Shown: piece after piece, positions 52,155-63,605 of the stretch
How positions within the stretch are numbered: position 1 is the stretch's first letter
Layout: each line of letters starts with the position of its first letter
Assembly (NCBI RefSeq): GCF_006345805.1
Contig: NC_043026.1
Span: 3,596,001-3,660,000, forward strand
Direction of reading: 5' to 3'
Source: Octopus sinensis
Lineage: Eukaryota
Length of the DNA stretch: 64,000 bases
The notes under the pieces: model-generated
The model's database searches: none
What the model was told of the DNA's origin: nothing
The model's input: the letters and a program-made list of their open reading frames with translations, nothing else
Made by a program: the position numbers and the translations under genes

Positions 52155-55134
52155 ATCAATATGGGTGGCAAGGAAAATTTTGTAGAATTTTATTGCCACC
52201 AGCGGCACCCAGTGGGAAAAAATTAAATAGTCATAGACCATTTTTAAGTTCAACATTAACAATTAAGGAACGGCCATAATAGGCATTCACCCACTAGAAA
52301 TAACAGCCAAGCTTCTACCGCAAATAAAGATTAATTCCGTAAACAGGAGAAAATTAAAAAAACATTTACCCTGTAATTTCTTGTACGGTATACCGTTTCA
52401 TCGCGTGTTTAATGGTAAACTAACCTGATTAAATTAATCAAGTCAATCTTCCATAAGCCCTCGGATTCTTCAGCAAGAAATAGCTCAAGTCGGAACAGAT
52501 ATTTACACGAGGCATACCCCATCTTGCCAAGTCAATATCTGACCTAAAATTTTCAAATCGTCGCACTCGCGCCAAATTATCGGCAGCAAAAAATATCAGC
52601 CGTCGATTCCATTACGAATTAACCAAAAAATTCATAATTAATCAATATAGGGTGGCAAGAAAATTTTGTAGAATATTATTGCCACCAAAGCGGCCCAGTG
52701 GGAAAAAATTAAATAGTCATAGACCATTTTTAAGTTCAACATTAACAATTAAGGAACGGCCATAATAGGCCATTCACCCACTAGAAATAACAGCCAAAGC
52801 TTCTACCACCGCAAATAAAGATTAATTCCGTAAACAGAGAAAAATTAAAAAAACATTTACCCTGTAATTTCTTGTACGGTATACCGTTTCAAATCCGCTG
52901 TTTAATGGTAAACTAACCTGATTAAATTAAATCAAGTCAATCTTCCATAAGCCCTCGGATTCTTCAGCAAGAAATAGCTCAAGTCGGACAGATATTTACA
53001 CGAGGCATACCCCATCTTGCCAAGTCAATATCTGACCTAAAATTTTCAATCGTCGCACTCGCGCCAAATTAATCGGCAGCAAATAAATATCAGCCGTCGA
53101 TTCCATTACGGAATTAACCAAAAAATTCATAATTAATCAATATAGGGTGGCAAGGAAAATTTTGTAGAATTTTATTGCCACCAGCGGCCCAGTGGGAAAA
53201 AATTAAATAGTCATAGACCATTTTTAAGTTCAACATTAACAATTAAGGAACGGCCATAATAGGCCATTCACCCACTAGAAATAACAGCCAAAGCTTCTAC
53301 CGCAAATAAGATTAATTCCGTAAACAGGAGAAAATTAAAAAAACTTTACCCTGTAATTCCTTGTACGGTATACCGTTTCATCATCCGCTGTTTATGGTAA
53401 ACTAACCTGATTAAATTAAATCAAGTCATCTTCCCTGGTGGCAATAAAATTCTACAAAATTTTCCTTGCCACCCTATATTGATTAATTATGAATTTTTTG
53501 GTTAATTCCGTAATGGAATCGACGGCTGATATTTATTTGCTGCCGATAAATTTGGCGCGAGTGCGACGATTTGAAAATTTTAGGTCAGATATTGACTTGG
53601 CAAGATGGGGTATGCCTCGTGTAAATATCTGTTCCGACTTGAGCTATTTCTTGCTGAAGAATCCGAGGGCTTATGGAAGATTGACTTGATTTAATTTAAT
53701 CAGGTTAGTTTACCATTAAACAGCGGATGAAACGGTATACCGTACAAGAAATTACAGGGTAAATGTTTTTTTAATTTTCTCCTGTTTACGGAATTAATCT
53801 TTATTTGCGGTAGAAGCTTTGGCTGTTATTTCTAGTGGGTGAATGGCCTATTATGGCCGTTCCTTAATTGTTAATGTTGAACTTAAAAATGGTCTATGAC
53901 TATTTAATTTTTTCCCACTGGGCCGCTGGTGGCAATAAAATTCTACAAAATTTTCCTTGCCACCCTATATTGATTAATTATGAATTTTTTGGTTAATTCC
54001 GTAATGGAATCGACGGCTGATATTTATTTGCTGCCGATAATTTTTCGCGAGTGCGACGATTTGAAAATTTTAGGTCAGATATTGACTTGGCAAGATGGGG
54101 TATGCCTCGTGTAAATATCTGTTCCGACTTGAGCTATTTCTTGCTGAAGAATCCGAGGGCTTATGGAAGATTGACTTGATTTAATTTAATCAGGTTAGTT
54201 TACCATTAAACAGCGGATGAAACGGTATACCGTACAAGAAATTACAGGGTAAATGTTTTTTTAATTTTCTCCTGTTTACGGAATTAATCTTTATTTGCGG
54301 TAGAAGCTTTGGCTGTTATTTCTAGTGGGTGAATGGCCTATTATGGCCGTTCCTTAATTGTTAATGTTGAACTTAAAAATGGTCTATGACTATTTAATTT
54401 TTTCCCACTGGGCCGCTGGTGGCAATAAAATTCTACAAAATTTTCCTGCCACCCTATATTGATTATTATGAATTTTTTGGTTAATTCCGTAATGGAATCG
54501 ACGGCTGATATTTATTTGCTGCCGATAAATTTGGCGCGAGTGCGACGATTTGAAAATTTTAGGTCAGATATTGACTTGGCAAGATGGGGTATGCCTCGTG
54601 TAAATATCTGTTCCGACTTGAGCTATTTCTTGCTGAAGAATCCGAGGGCTTATGGAAGATTGACTTGATTTAATTTAATCAGGTTAGTTTACCATTAAAC
54701 AGCGGATGAAACGGTATACCGTACAAGAATTACAGGGTAAATGTTTTTTTAATTTTCTCCTTGTTTACGGAATTAATCTTTATTTGCGGTAGAAGCTTTG
54801 GCTGTTATTTCTAGTGGTGAATGGCCTATTTATGCCGTTCCTTAATTATATATATATATATATATATTTCCGTGCCGGTGGCACGTAAAATACACCAATC
54901 CGACCGTGGTCGATGCCAGCCTCGCCTGGCACCAGTGCAGGTGGCACGTAAAAAGCAACCACTACACTCACGGAGTGGTTGGCGTTAGGAAGGGCATCCA
55001 GCTGTAGAAACATTGCCAGATAAGACCGGAGCCTGGCGCAGCCTTCTGGCGCAGCCTTCTGGCGCAGCCTTCTGGCTTGCCAGACCCCAGTTGAACCATC
55101 TAACCCATGCTAGCATGGAGAACGGACGTTAAAC

Positions 55135-55170
<36 letters not shown>

Positions 55171-57639
55171 AGTAGGTGCATTAGGCATGATAAAAAAATA
55201 TTCAAACAAATTCATAACAAAAACACCAGGACTTACAAACACATAAAACATACAGAAAATTGTACTACTGGGCACTACTAGTTGACTATCCCATCCTGCT
55301 CAAAATGTCCCTGAATAAGGGTTGTTTAAGGATGTTGAAGGCGCGGGAGTGGCTGTGTGGTAAGTAGCTTGCTAACCAACCACATGGTTCTGGGTTCAGT
55401 CCCACAGCATGGCATCTTGGGCAAGTGTCTTCTGCTATGCCCCGGGCCGACCAATGCATTGTGAGTGAATTTGGTAGACGGAAACTGAAAGAAGCCTGTC
55501 GTATATATGTATATGTGTGTTTGTGTGTCTGTGTTTGTCCCCCTAGCATTGCTTGACAACCGATGCTGGTGTGTTTACGTCCCTGTCACATAGCGGTTCG
55601 GCATAAGAGACCGATAGAATAAGTACTGGGCTTACAAAAGAATAAGTCCCGGGGTCGATTTGCTCGACTAAAGGCGGTGCTCCAGCATGGCCACAGTCAA
55701 ATGACTGAAACAAGTAAAAGAGTAAAAGAGTAAAGAGAACCACCCATGTTTCCAAAGATGAATTATCCAAACCTCCAAGAATTCCTTTCAACACACGGCT
55801 ATGATACTCCTCCACTACTTCTGCTCATGATGACCCTAAAACTACCAAAGATTCAACAACAAAAAAAATTCTTTTTTTGACCAAAATATTCACCATTCTG
55901 ACCCCATTGCTTAAAGGCTTGTTCTCTGGGTGTGTCCCTGCATCATAATTCCACAAGTGGTACTTAGAGAGGATAAGCGGATAACTTATGGGAACTATGT
56001 TTAAGAAGGGTACCAGGAATTCCAGTATTGGTGAGTTGTGTTGCAGCATCCTTTACTGAGATATCTGGACGTTATCAAAGGAGCTTGAGAGGCGTTTGGA
56101 TGGAACCTACACTCGCCTCCTTACGAGACCTCAAAATCTCTCGCGGAAGCGTCATCCAACCAAAGTACAAATATATGGGAAATTACCACCTGTGAAAGGT
56201 AGAAGAGTCCAGTTTGCTGGACATTGTTGTAGAGCTGAACACGAGGTAATTTCTACTCTTCTCCTCTGGAAGCTCGCGATACCAGAGGGCGCACACTCTC
56301 CTACCCTGATGTAATCTCCAGGGATTCAGGCATCCAGCAACAGGACCTCTGTTTGAACATGTTATCTTAAAAACCCATGTTGCCTGCCTTGACTGGCGTC
56401 AACTTTCTAAAGACTCCGCCGGTTACGACGACGAGGGTCCCAGCTGATACGATCAACGGAACAGCTTGCTCGTGAAATTAACGTGCAAATGGCTGAGCAT
56501 TCCACAGATACGTGTACCCTTAACGTAGTTCTCGGGGATAATCAGCGTGACACAGAGAGTGACAAGGCTGACCCTTTGAAACACAAGTACAACTCATTTT
56601 TGCCAGCTGAGTGGACTGGAGCAACGTGAAATAAAGTGTCTTGCTCAAGGACACAACGCGTCGCCGGGAATCGAACTCACAACCTTACGATCATGAGCCG
56701 AATGCCCTAACCACTAAGCCACGCGCCCTCACTGGCGTCAACTTAATAATTTATAACAGGACCTACATCAGGGTACCGCGTCTAAAGTATTTGTAGGTGC
56801 TAATAGGGTACTCACCTCGGAGTACTTCATAAATGTGTTTGGATTCAACTGGTAGCCATACTCAGTTGAATTTCCTGACGGTGTCCTTTCTGCATCTATG
56901 GCTCTGAAAGAAACACAAAACTTTGTGGGGTTATAAATTGTTACAGAGGGAAAAAAAAAATATTTGAGAGAGGTGTTCTGAAATAGGTGGAGGCGCAATG
57001 GCCCGGTGGTTAGGGCAGCGGACTCGCGGTTGTAGAATCCCGGTTTCGATTCCCAGACCGGGCGTTGTGAGTGTTTATTGAGCGAAAACACCAAAAGCCC
57101 CACAAGGCTCCGGCAGGAGGTGGTGGCGATCCCTGCTGTACTCTTTCACTACAACTTTCTCTCACTCTTTCTTCTGTTCCAAATTCGCACACAAGGCTTC
57201 AAAAAAATCTTCAAAACAAAAAAAAATTTTCAAAGCCACAGACAAACCAATTCTACTATATGGCTCAGAAACCTGGACGTTATCAAAGAAGCTTGAGAGG
57301 CGTTTGGATGGAACTTACACTCGCCTCTTTACGAGACCTCAAAATCTCTCGCGGAAGCGTCATCCAACCAAAGTACAAATATATGGGAAATTACCACCTG
57401 TGAAAGGTAGAAGAGTCCAGTTTGCTGGACATTGTTGTAGAGCTGAACAGAGGTAATTTATACTCTTCTCCTCTGGAAGCTCGCGATACCAGAGGGCGCA
57501 CACTCTCCTACCCTGATGTAATCTCCAGGGATACAGGCATCCAGCAACAGGACCTCCATAATGCTATGATGGACCGTGAAGTCTGGCGTAGCATGGTAAA
57601 TTCCATTGTCTCGACCACGGTCAAACAATGATGATGATG

Positions 57640-57678
<39 letters not shown>

Positions 57679-60368
57679 ATATATATACATACATACATAC
57701 ATACATACATATCATCTCTTGTGAAAGGTAGGAGAGTCCAGTTTGCTGGACATTGTTGTAGAGCTGAACACGAGGTAATTTCTACTCTTCTCCTCTGGAA
57801 GCCATCTACTCGCAATACCAGAGGGCGTACACTCCTACCCTGATGTAATCTCCAGGGATACAGGCATCCAGCAACAGGACCTCCGTAATGCTATGATGGA
57901 CCGTGAAATCTGGCGTAACAGGAAATTCCATTGTCTCGACTACGGTCGAACAATGATGATGATGATTGGTTAGCCTAGGGTTATAGTAGAAGACTCTTGC
58001 TCAAAGTGCCATGCAGTAGAACTGAACCCAGAACTGTGTGGTTGGCAAGCAAGCATCTTACCTCTATGCCACGTACGTACAACTTATTAGCCACATGCAA
58101 ATGAAATAAAAACAAAGCACTTTTAATTAGATAAGTTAACCACCTACTTCTGAATATCATGGGAAAGTATTTCAACCTTGAGACCAACACCAGCAAGTAT
58201 TGGTTTAATTTTCATGTAAGTCTCCAGGGACACCAAGAATTCGCAGGTTCGGTTCAGGTAGTAGGGTCGAATCCAGAAGTCGATCTATATGTAAAAGGAA
58301 AGAAACCAGTAATTAACAACAGAGTGTAACAAAATATTTATTTATTTGTCTTCAATCAGTAAGTGTTATTTCCTATTTGATTCTCTCTAGAAATCAAAGG
58401 AAGTGACTACCATTCCCTTCACGCTTTGCTTTTATGAGCTGGAGATAAACGTTTTAAAACTGACCCATTTTACACTGCATTTCAGACAGATTCAATGCTG
58501 AGCTGCTGAAGACAAAATATCTTTTTAGCAAATATTCTGCTCAACACCAGAGATTTCCTTGTTGTCTTTGGTCAATAAGTGCTATTTCCTATTTGATTTT
58601 ATCTAGAAATCAAAGGAAGTGACTACCATTCCCTTCACGCTTTGCTTTTATGAGCTGGACATGAACGTTTTAAAACTGACCCATTTTACACTACCTTTCA
58701 GACAGATTCAATGCTGAGCTGCTGAAGACAAAATATCTTTTTAGCAAATATTCTGCTCAATACCACAGATTTCCTTGTTGTCTTTGGTCAATAAGTGTTC
58801 TTTTCTATTTGATTCTATCTAGAAATCAAAGGGAATGACTACCATTCCCTTCCAACTTTGCTTTTATCATCTGGACATCAATGTTTTGAAACTGACCTAT
58901 TTTTCCATTACATTTCAGACAGATTCCGCTCTGAGTTGCAAAAACAGAAATATCTTTAGAGTAAATATTCTGCTCAATACAAAAGATTTGTTTGTTGTCT
59001 TTGGTCAATAAGTGTTATTTCCTATTTGATTCTATCTAAAAATCAAAGGAAACGACTACCATTCCCTTCACACTTTGCTGTTGTGGTCTGGACATCAATG
59101 TTTTGAAACTGACCTATTTTTCCATTACATTTCAGATCGATTCAGCACTGGGTTGCTCAAGCAGAAATATCTTTAGAGTAAATATTCTGCTCAACACCAG
59201 AGATTTCTTTGTCTTTGGTCAGTAAGTGTTATTTTCTATTTTCTTTTATCTAAAAATCAAAGGAAACGACTACCATTCCCTTCACACTTTGCTTTCTGTG
59301 GGATGGACATGAAAGCTTAGCAAATTGACCTATTTTCCATTGTTTCTATCCAGAGGTTAACAGTTATTTCTGGGACCTCAATGTAGATGGCAGAATTAAC
59401 TCTAAGGCCTTGTGGAAAGAAGTAAGGAGGCATCACATGCCCTTCATTGCTGGCAACCCCTAAAACCATGGCAGTTGCAGGAAATTTTGTATTCATAACA
59501 CTTGGAACTTAAGAAAGATCTGCAAATAACCATCTGTCATTCTTCTGTTAACTTTTTGATCTTAGCAACCTGTGTGGTAAGTAGCTTGCTTACCAACCAC
59601 ATGGTTCTGGGTTCAGTCCCACTGCGTGGCACCTTGGGCAAGTGTTTTCTACTATAGCCTCGGGCCGACCAAGGCCTTGTGAGTGGATTTGGTAGACGGA
59701 ATATATATGTATATATATATGTGTTTATGTGTCTGTGTTTGTCCCCCCAACATCGCTTGACAACCGATGCTGGTGTGTTTACGTCCCCGTAACTTAACGG
59801 TTCGGCAAAAGAGACCGATAGAATAAGTACTAGGCTTCCAAAGAATAAATCCTGGGGTCGATTTGCTCGACTAAAGGCGGTGCTCCAGCATGGCCACAGT
59901 CAAATGACTGAAACAAGTAAAAGAGTAAAAGAGAGTGAACTGTTAAATTATGGGGACGTAAACACACCAACACTGGTTGTCAAGCAGTAGTGGGACACAA
60001 AGACACACACACACACAACACACACACACACACACAAACACATATACGATGGGCTTCTTTCAGTTTCCTTCTACCAAATCCACTCGCAAGTCTTTGGTCA
60101 ACCCAAGGCTATAGTAGAAGACACTTGCCCAAGGTACCACGTAGTGGGACTGAACCCCGAACCATGCAGTTGGGGGCATGCTTTTTATCATATAGCCACA
60201 ACTATGACTATATTTATATATCAAAAGAATAATGGGAAGGAGGAGGAAGAAGAACCAAAATACTCCAATAACAAGATACTTACTTCTAAACCAGTTTCTT
60301 CAGCCGATAACAACTTTAAGGTGGTCAGCTGTGCTTCAGTTTGAGGCCTGACTCGCAACAAGTGATAG
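38325..60368 (-). CDS. M14A zinc metallocarboxypeptidase (CPA/CPB-like) paralog 1, 5'-partial; exons 60284-60368, 58148-58284, 56816-56903, 51105-51203, 48564-48662, 45979-46089, 45381-45468, 43239-43435, 39648-39732, 38325-38506
   Basis: Ten exons with GT-AG introns join into one open frame: pro-domain ([16 protein letters not shown]), then HAREW (H69/E72), NPDGY, RMWRKNR (R127), DLNRNF (N144/R145), IHSYSQ (H196), LLY (Y248), MELR (E270), stop TAA at 38327-38325. The signal-peptide exon is not in the window. Confidence 0.95.
38645..39245 (-). mobile_element. SINE family T trimer
   Basis: Three ~184-bp units plus a head near 39245. Confidence 0.85.
39648..39732 (-). CDS. Paralog 1 exon (85 bp): [28 protein letters not shown]
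   Basis: ctcttcag acceptor, GTGAGT donor; the split codon T|AT gives Y248. Confidence 0.93.
40015..42030. repeat. Cluster of five palindromic elements separated by (TA)n (40015-40180, 40210-40500, 40604-40978, 41108-41485, 41735-42030)
   Basis: Each is its own imperfect reverse complement; three contain hammerhead parts. Confidence 0.85.
41387..41431 (+). ncRNA. Minimal type I hammerhead (U3-A8 core); identical mirror copy on the minus strand at 41166-41210
   Basis: cag TTGAAAA GGTC-tcaaaat-GACC GAAA CCGG TA^ ctg. Confidence 0.62.
42450..43025 (+). mobile_element. Internally deleted Tc1-like transposon (576 bp) retaining the N-terminal HTH ORF 42583-42990
   Basis: ~40-bp TIRs cag(a/t)catgcaggaagtaaatagacaccttta; [41 protein letters not shown]; no DDE domain. 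Confidence 0.88.
43239..43435 (-). CDS. Paralog 1 exon (197 bp) with H196 zinc ligand
   Basis: [38 protein letters not shown]; tacag acceptor, GTAAGT donor. Confidence 0.96.
43690..44885. mobile_element. Two head-to-head SINE family T multimers
   Basis: Minus array 43690-44160 and plus array 44285-44885. Confidence 0.85.
45381..45468 (-). CDS. Paralog 1 exon (88 bp) with R127 and N144-R145
   Basis: [29 protein letters not shown]; ttgcag acceptor, GTAAGT donor. Confidence 0.96.
45979..46089 (-). CDS. Paralog 1 exon (111 bp) with NPDGY motif
   Basis: [37 protein letters not shown]; cag acceptor, GTAAGT donor. Confidence 0.96.
46981..47615. repeat. Interleaved inverted-repeat element (A-B-A'-spacer-B')
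   Basis: 46981-47045 mirrors 47258-47322; 47046-47255 mirrors 47408-47615. Confidence 0.85.
47410..47451 (+). ncRNA. Minimal type I hammerhead ribozyme (U3-A8 core); mirror copy on the minus strand at 47209-47250
   Basis: GCTGCA TTGAAAA GGGG-caata-CCCC GAAA CGCG TC^ TGTAGC: 6-bp stem I, 4-bp stem II, palindromic stem III, GUC cleavage site. Confidence 0.72.
48564..48662 (-). CDS. Paralog 1 exon (99 bp) with HAREW zinc-ligand motif
   Basis: [33 protein letters not shown]; tctcacag acceptor, GTAAAA donor. Confidence 0.96.
48765..49435. mobile_element. Tail-to-tail pair of SINE family B copies
   Basis: Plus copy 48765-49090 and minus copy 49105-49435; another copy at 56410-56735. Confidence 0.8.
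51105..51203 (-). CDS. Paralog 1 exon (99 bp): IVVLMKRY...[15 protein letters not shown]
   Basis: AG/GT boundaries; G.S.E.R.L motif of the M14A N-terminal catalytic region. Confidence 0.92.
51270..51720 (+). mobile_element. Dong/R4-like non-LTR 3' fragment (restriction-like endonuclease domain) in (TAA)n
   Basis: [50 protein letters not shown]; (AAT)n on both sides; fragments at 27822-27930 and 55170-55275. Confidence 0.8.
52150..54845. repeat. Inverted tandem array of a ~490-bp hammerhead-containing unit (retrozyme/pLTR-like)
   Basis: ~2.6 units in one orientation (52150-53433), then ~2.9 units in the opposite orientation (53434-54845); (TA)n on both flanks. Confidence 0.9.
53646..53752 (+). 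ncRNA. Type I hammerhead ribozyme in the array unit (repeats at 54136-54242 and 54625-54730; minus-strand copies at 52376-52481 and 52867-52975)
   Basis: 8-bp stem I ATTTCTTG/CAAGAAAT, CTGAAGA, stem II ATCCG/CGGAT with a ~60-nt insert, GAAA, stem III ACGG-TATA-CCGT, cleavage after GUA at 53744. Confidence 0.8.
56060..57965 (+). mobile_element. Three RTE-like LINE 3' fragments (56060-56350, 57240-57635, 57715-57965) with (GAT)n tails
   Basis: [47 protein letters not shown]. Confidence 0.82.
56816..56903 (-). CDS. Paralog 1 linker exon (88 bp): [29 protein letters not shown]
   Basis: ctttcag acceptor, GTGAG donor; phase 2 in, phase 0 out, fits both neighbours. Confidence 0.88.
58148..58284 (-). 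CDS. Paralog 1 pro-domain exon (137 bp): IDFWIRP...[11 protein letters not shown]
   Basis: AG acceptor, GTAGGT donor; DFW motif of the carboxypeptidase activation peptide; same length as paralog 2 exon 22110-22246. Confidence 0.92.
58350..59340. repeat. Diverged tandem repeat, ~216-bp unit, ~4.6 copies
   Basis: aagtg(t/c)t anchor at 58361, 58577, 58793, 59010, 59224. Confidence 0.9.
60284..60368 (-). CDS. Paralog 1 pro-domain exon (85 bp): [28 protein letters not shown]
   Basis: ttctctcgttag acceptor, GTAAGT donor; phase 2 in, phase 0 out; homologous to paralog 2 exon 23762-23843. Confidence 0.88.
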
Positions 60369-60417
60369 CTAACGAGAGAAAACAGATAAATATGAAAAAA
60401 AAAGAAGATAATTAACA

Positions 60418-60451
<34 letters not shown>

Positions 60452-60589
60452 GTTTAACGTACGTTTTCCATGCTAGCATGGGTTGGACGGTTCGACCGGG
60501 GATCTGGGAAGCCAGAAGGCTGCACCAGGCTCCAATCTGATCTGGCAGAGTTTCTCTTGCTTGATGCCCTTCCTAACGCCAACCACTCC

Positions 60590-63500
60590 GTGAGTGTAGT
60601 GGGTGCATTTTACGTGCCACTGGCACAGGTGCCAGGTGAGGCTGGCAACGGCCACAATCGGATTGGTGCTTTTTATGTGCCACTGACGCAGAAGCCAGTC
60701 AAGGCGGCGCTGGCATCGGCCACATTTGGATGGTGCTCTTTACGTGCCACCGGCACAGGTGCCAGGTGAGGCTGGCAACGGCCACAATCGGATTGGTGCT
60801 TTTTATGTGCCACTGACACAGAAGCCAGTCAAGGCGGCGCTGGCATCGGCCACATTTGGATGGTGCTCTTTACGTGCCACCGGCACAGGTGCCAGGTGAG
60901 GCTGGCAACGGCCACAATCGGATTGGTGCTTTTATGTGCCACTGACGCAGAAGCCAGTCAAGGCGGCGCTGGCATCGTCCACATTTGGATGGTGCTCTTT
61001 ACGTTCCACCGGCACAGGTGCCAGGTGAGGCTGGCAACGGCCACAATCGGATTGGTGCTTTTATGTGCCACTGACGCAGAAGCCAGTCAAGGCGGCGCTG
61101 GCATCGTCCACATTTGGATGGTGCTCTTACGTTCCCCGGCACAGGTGCCAGGTGAGGCTGGCAACGGCCACAATCGGATTGGTGCTTTTTATGTGCCACT
61201 GACGCAGAAGCCAGTCAAGGCGGCGCTGGCATCGTCCACATTTGGATGGTGCTCTTTACGTGCCACCGGCACAGGTGCCAGGTGAGGCTGGCAACGGCCA
61301 CAATCGGATTGGTGCTTTTATGTGCCACTGACACAGAAGCCAGTCAAGGCGGCGCTGCATCGGCCACATTTGGATGGTGCTCTTTACGTGCCACCGGCAC
61401 AGGTGCCAGGTGAGGCTGGCAACGGCCACAATCGGATTGGTGCTTTTTATGTGCCACTGACACAGAAGCCAGTCAAGGCGGCGCTGGCATCGGCCACATT
61501 TGGATGGTGCTCTTTACGTTCCACCGGCACAGGTGCCAGGTGAGGCTGGCAACGGCCACAATCGGATTGGTGCTTTTTATGTGCCACTGACACAGAAGCC
61601 AGTCAAGGCGGCGCTGGCATCGGCCACATTTGGATGGTGCTCTTTACGTTCCACCGGCACAGGTGCCAGGTGAGGCTGGCAACGGCCACAATCGGATTGG
61701 TGCTTTTTATGTGCCACTGACACAGAAGCCAGTCAAGGCGGCGCTGGCATCGGCCACATTTGGATGGTGCTCTTTACGTTCCACCGGCACAGGTGCCAGG
61801 TGAGGCTGGCAACGGCCACAATCGGATTGGTGCTTTTTATGTGCCACTGACGCAGAAGCCAGTCAAGGCGGCGCTGGCATCGGCCACATTTGGATGGTGC
61901 TCTTTACGTTCCACCGGCACAGGTGCCAGGTGAGGCTGGCAACGGCCACAATCGGATTGGTGCTTTTTATGTGCCACTGACGCAGAAGCCAGTCAAGGCG
62001 GCGCTGGCATCGGCCACATTTGGATGGTGCTCTTTACGTGCCACCGGCACAGGTGCCAGGTGAGGCTGGCAACGGCCACAATCGGATTGGTGCTTTTTAC
62101 GTGCCACTGACGCAGAAGCCAGTCAAGGCGGCGCTGGCATCGGCCACATTTGGATGGTGCTCTTTACGTTGCACCGGCACAGGTGCCAGGTGAGGCTGGC
62201 AACGGCCACAATCGGATTGGTGCTTTTTACGTTCCACTGGCACAGAAGCCAGTCAAGGCGCCGCTGGCATCGGCCACATTTGGATGGTGCTCTTTACGTG
62301 CCACCGGCACAGGTGCCAGGTGAGGCTGGCAACGGCCACAATCGGATTGGTTGCTTTTTACGTGCCACTGACACAGAAGCCAGTCAAGGCGGCGCTGGCA
62401 TCGTCCACATTTGGTGGGCTCTTTTACGTGCCACCGGCACAGGTGCAGATGAGGCTGGCAACGGCCACAATCGGATTGGTGCTTTTTATGTGCCAATGAC
62501 ACAGAAGCCAGTCAAGCGGGCGGCATCGTCCACATTTGGATGGTGCTCTTTACGTGCCACCGGCACAGGTGCCAGTGAGGCTGGCAACGGCCACAATCGG
62601 ATTGGTGCTTTTTACGTGCCACCGACACAGAAGCCAGTCAAGGCGGCGCTGGCATCGGCCACATTTGGATGGTGCTCTTTACGTGCCACCGGCACAGGTG
62701 CCAGGTGAGGCTGGCAACGGCCACAATCGGATTGGTGCTTTTTACGTGCCACTGACACAGAAGCCAGTCAAGGCGGCGCTGGCATCGTCCACATTTGGAT
62801 GGTGCTCTTTACGTGCCACCGGCACAGGTGCCAGGTGAGGCTGGCAACAGCCACAATCGGATTGGTGCTTTTTATGTGCCACTGACGCAGAAGCCAGTCA
62901 AGGCGGCGCTGGCATCGGCCACATTTGGATGGTGCTCTTTACGTGCCACCGGCACAGGTGCCAGGTGAGGCTGGCAACGGCCACAATCGGATTGGTGCTT
63001 TTTACGTGCCACCGGCACAGAAGCCAGTCAAGGCGGTGCTGGCATCGGCCACATTTGGATGGTGCTCTTTACGTGCCACCGGCACAGGTGCCAGGTGAGG
63101 CTGGCAACGGCCACAATCGGATTGGTGCTTTTTACGTGCCACCGGCACAGAAGCCAGTCAAGGCGGTGCTGGCATCGGCCACATTTGGATGGTGCTCTTT
63201 ACGTGCCACCGGCACAGGTGCCAGATGAGGCTGGCAACGACCACAATCGGATTGGTGCTTTTTACATGCCACCGGCACAGAAGCCAGTCAAGGCGGCGCT
63301 GGCATCGGCCACATTTGGATGGTGCTCTTTACGTGCCACCGGCACAGGTGCCAGGTGAGGCTGGCAACGGCCACAATCGGATTGGTGCTTTTTACATGCC
63401 ACCGGCACAGAAGCCAGTCAAGGCGCCGCTGGCATCGGCCACATTTGGATGGTGCTCTTTACGTGCCACCGGCACAGGTGCCAGGTGAGGCTGGCAACGG

Positions 63501-63605
63501 CCACAATCGGATTGGTGCTTTTTACGTGCCACTGACACAGAAACCAGTCAAGGCGGCGCTGGCATCGGCCACGTTCGGAGGGTGGTTTTTACGTGCCACC
63601 GGCAC
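60590..63605. repeat. GC-rich minisatellite, 130-bp unit (2 x 65-bp subunits), ~23 copies, embedded in a retroposon tail (60420-63610)
   Basis: ggtgctctttacgtgccaccggcacaggtgccaggtgaggctggcaacggccacaatcggatt / ggtgctttttatgtgccactgacacagaagccagtcaaggcggcgctggcatcggccacatttggat. Confidence 0.95.

Noticed and set aside
53489-53689. 66-aa ORF in the 490-bp array unit; also a possible mitochondrial or rRNA insertion
   Set aside because: No recognisable protein motif or rRNA signature; the unit is better explained by the hammerhead fold
58490-58560. CTGAAGA in the 216-bp tandem unit as a hammerhead core
   Set aside because: No closing stem II followed by GAAA and no stem I complement
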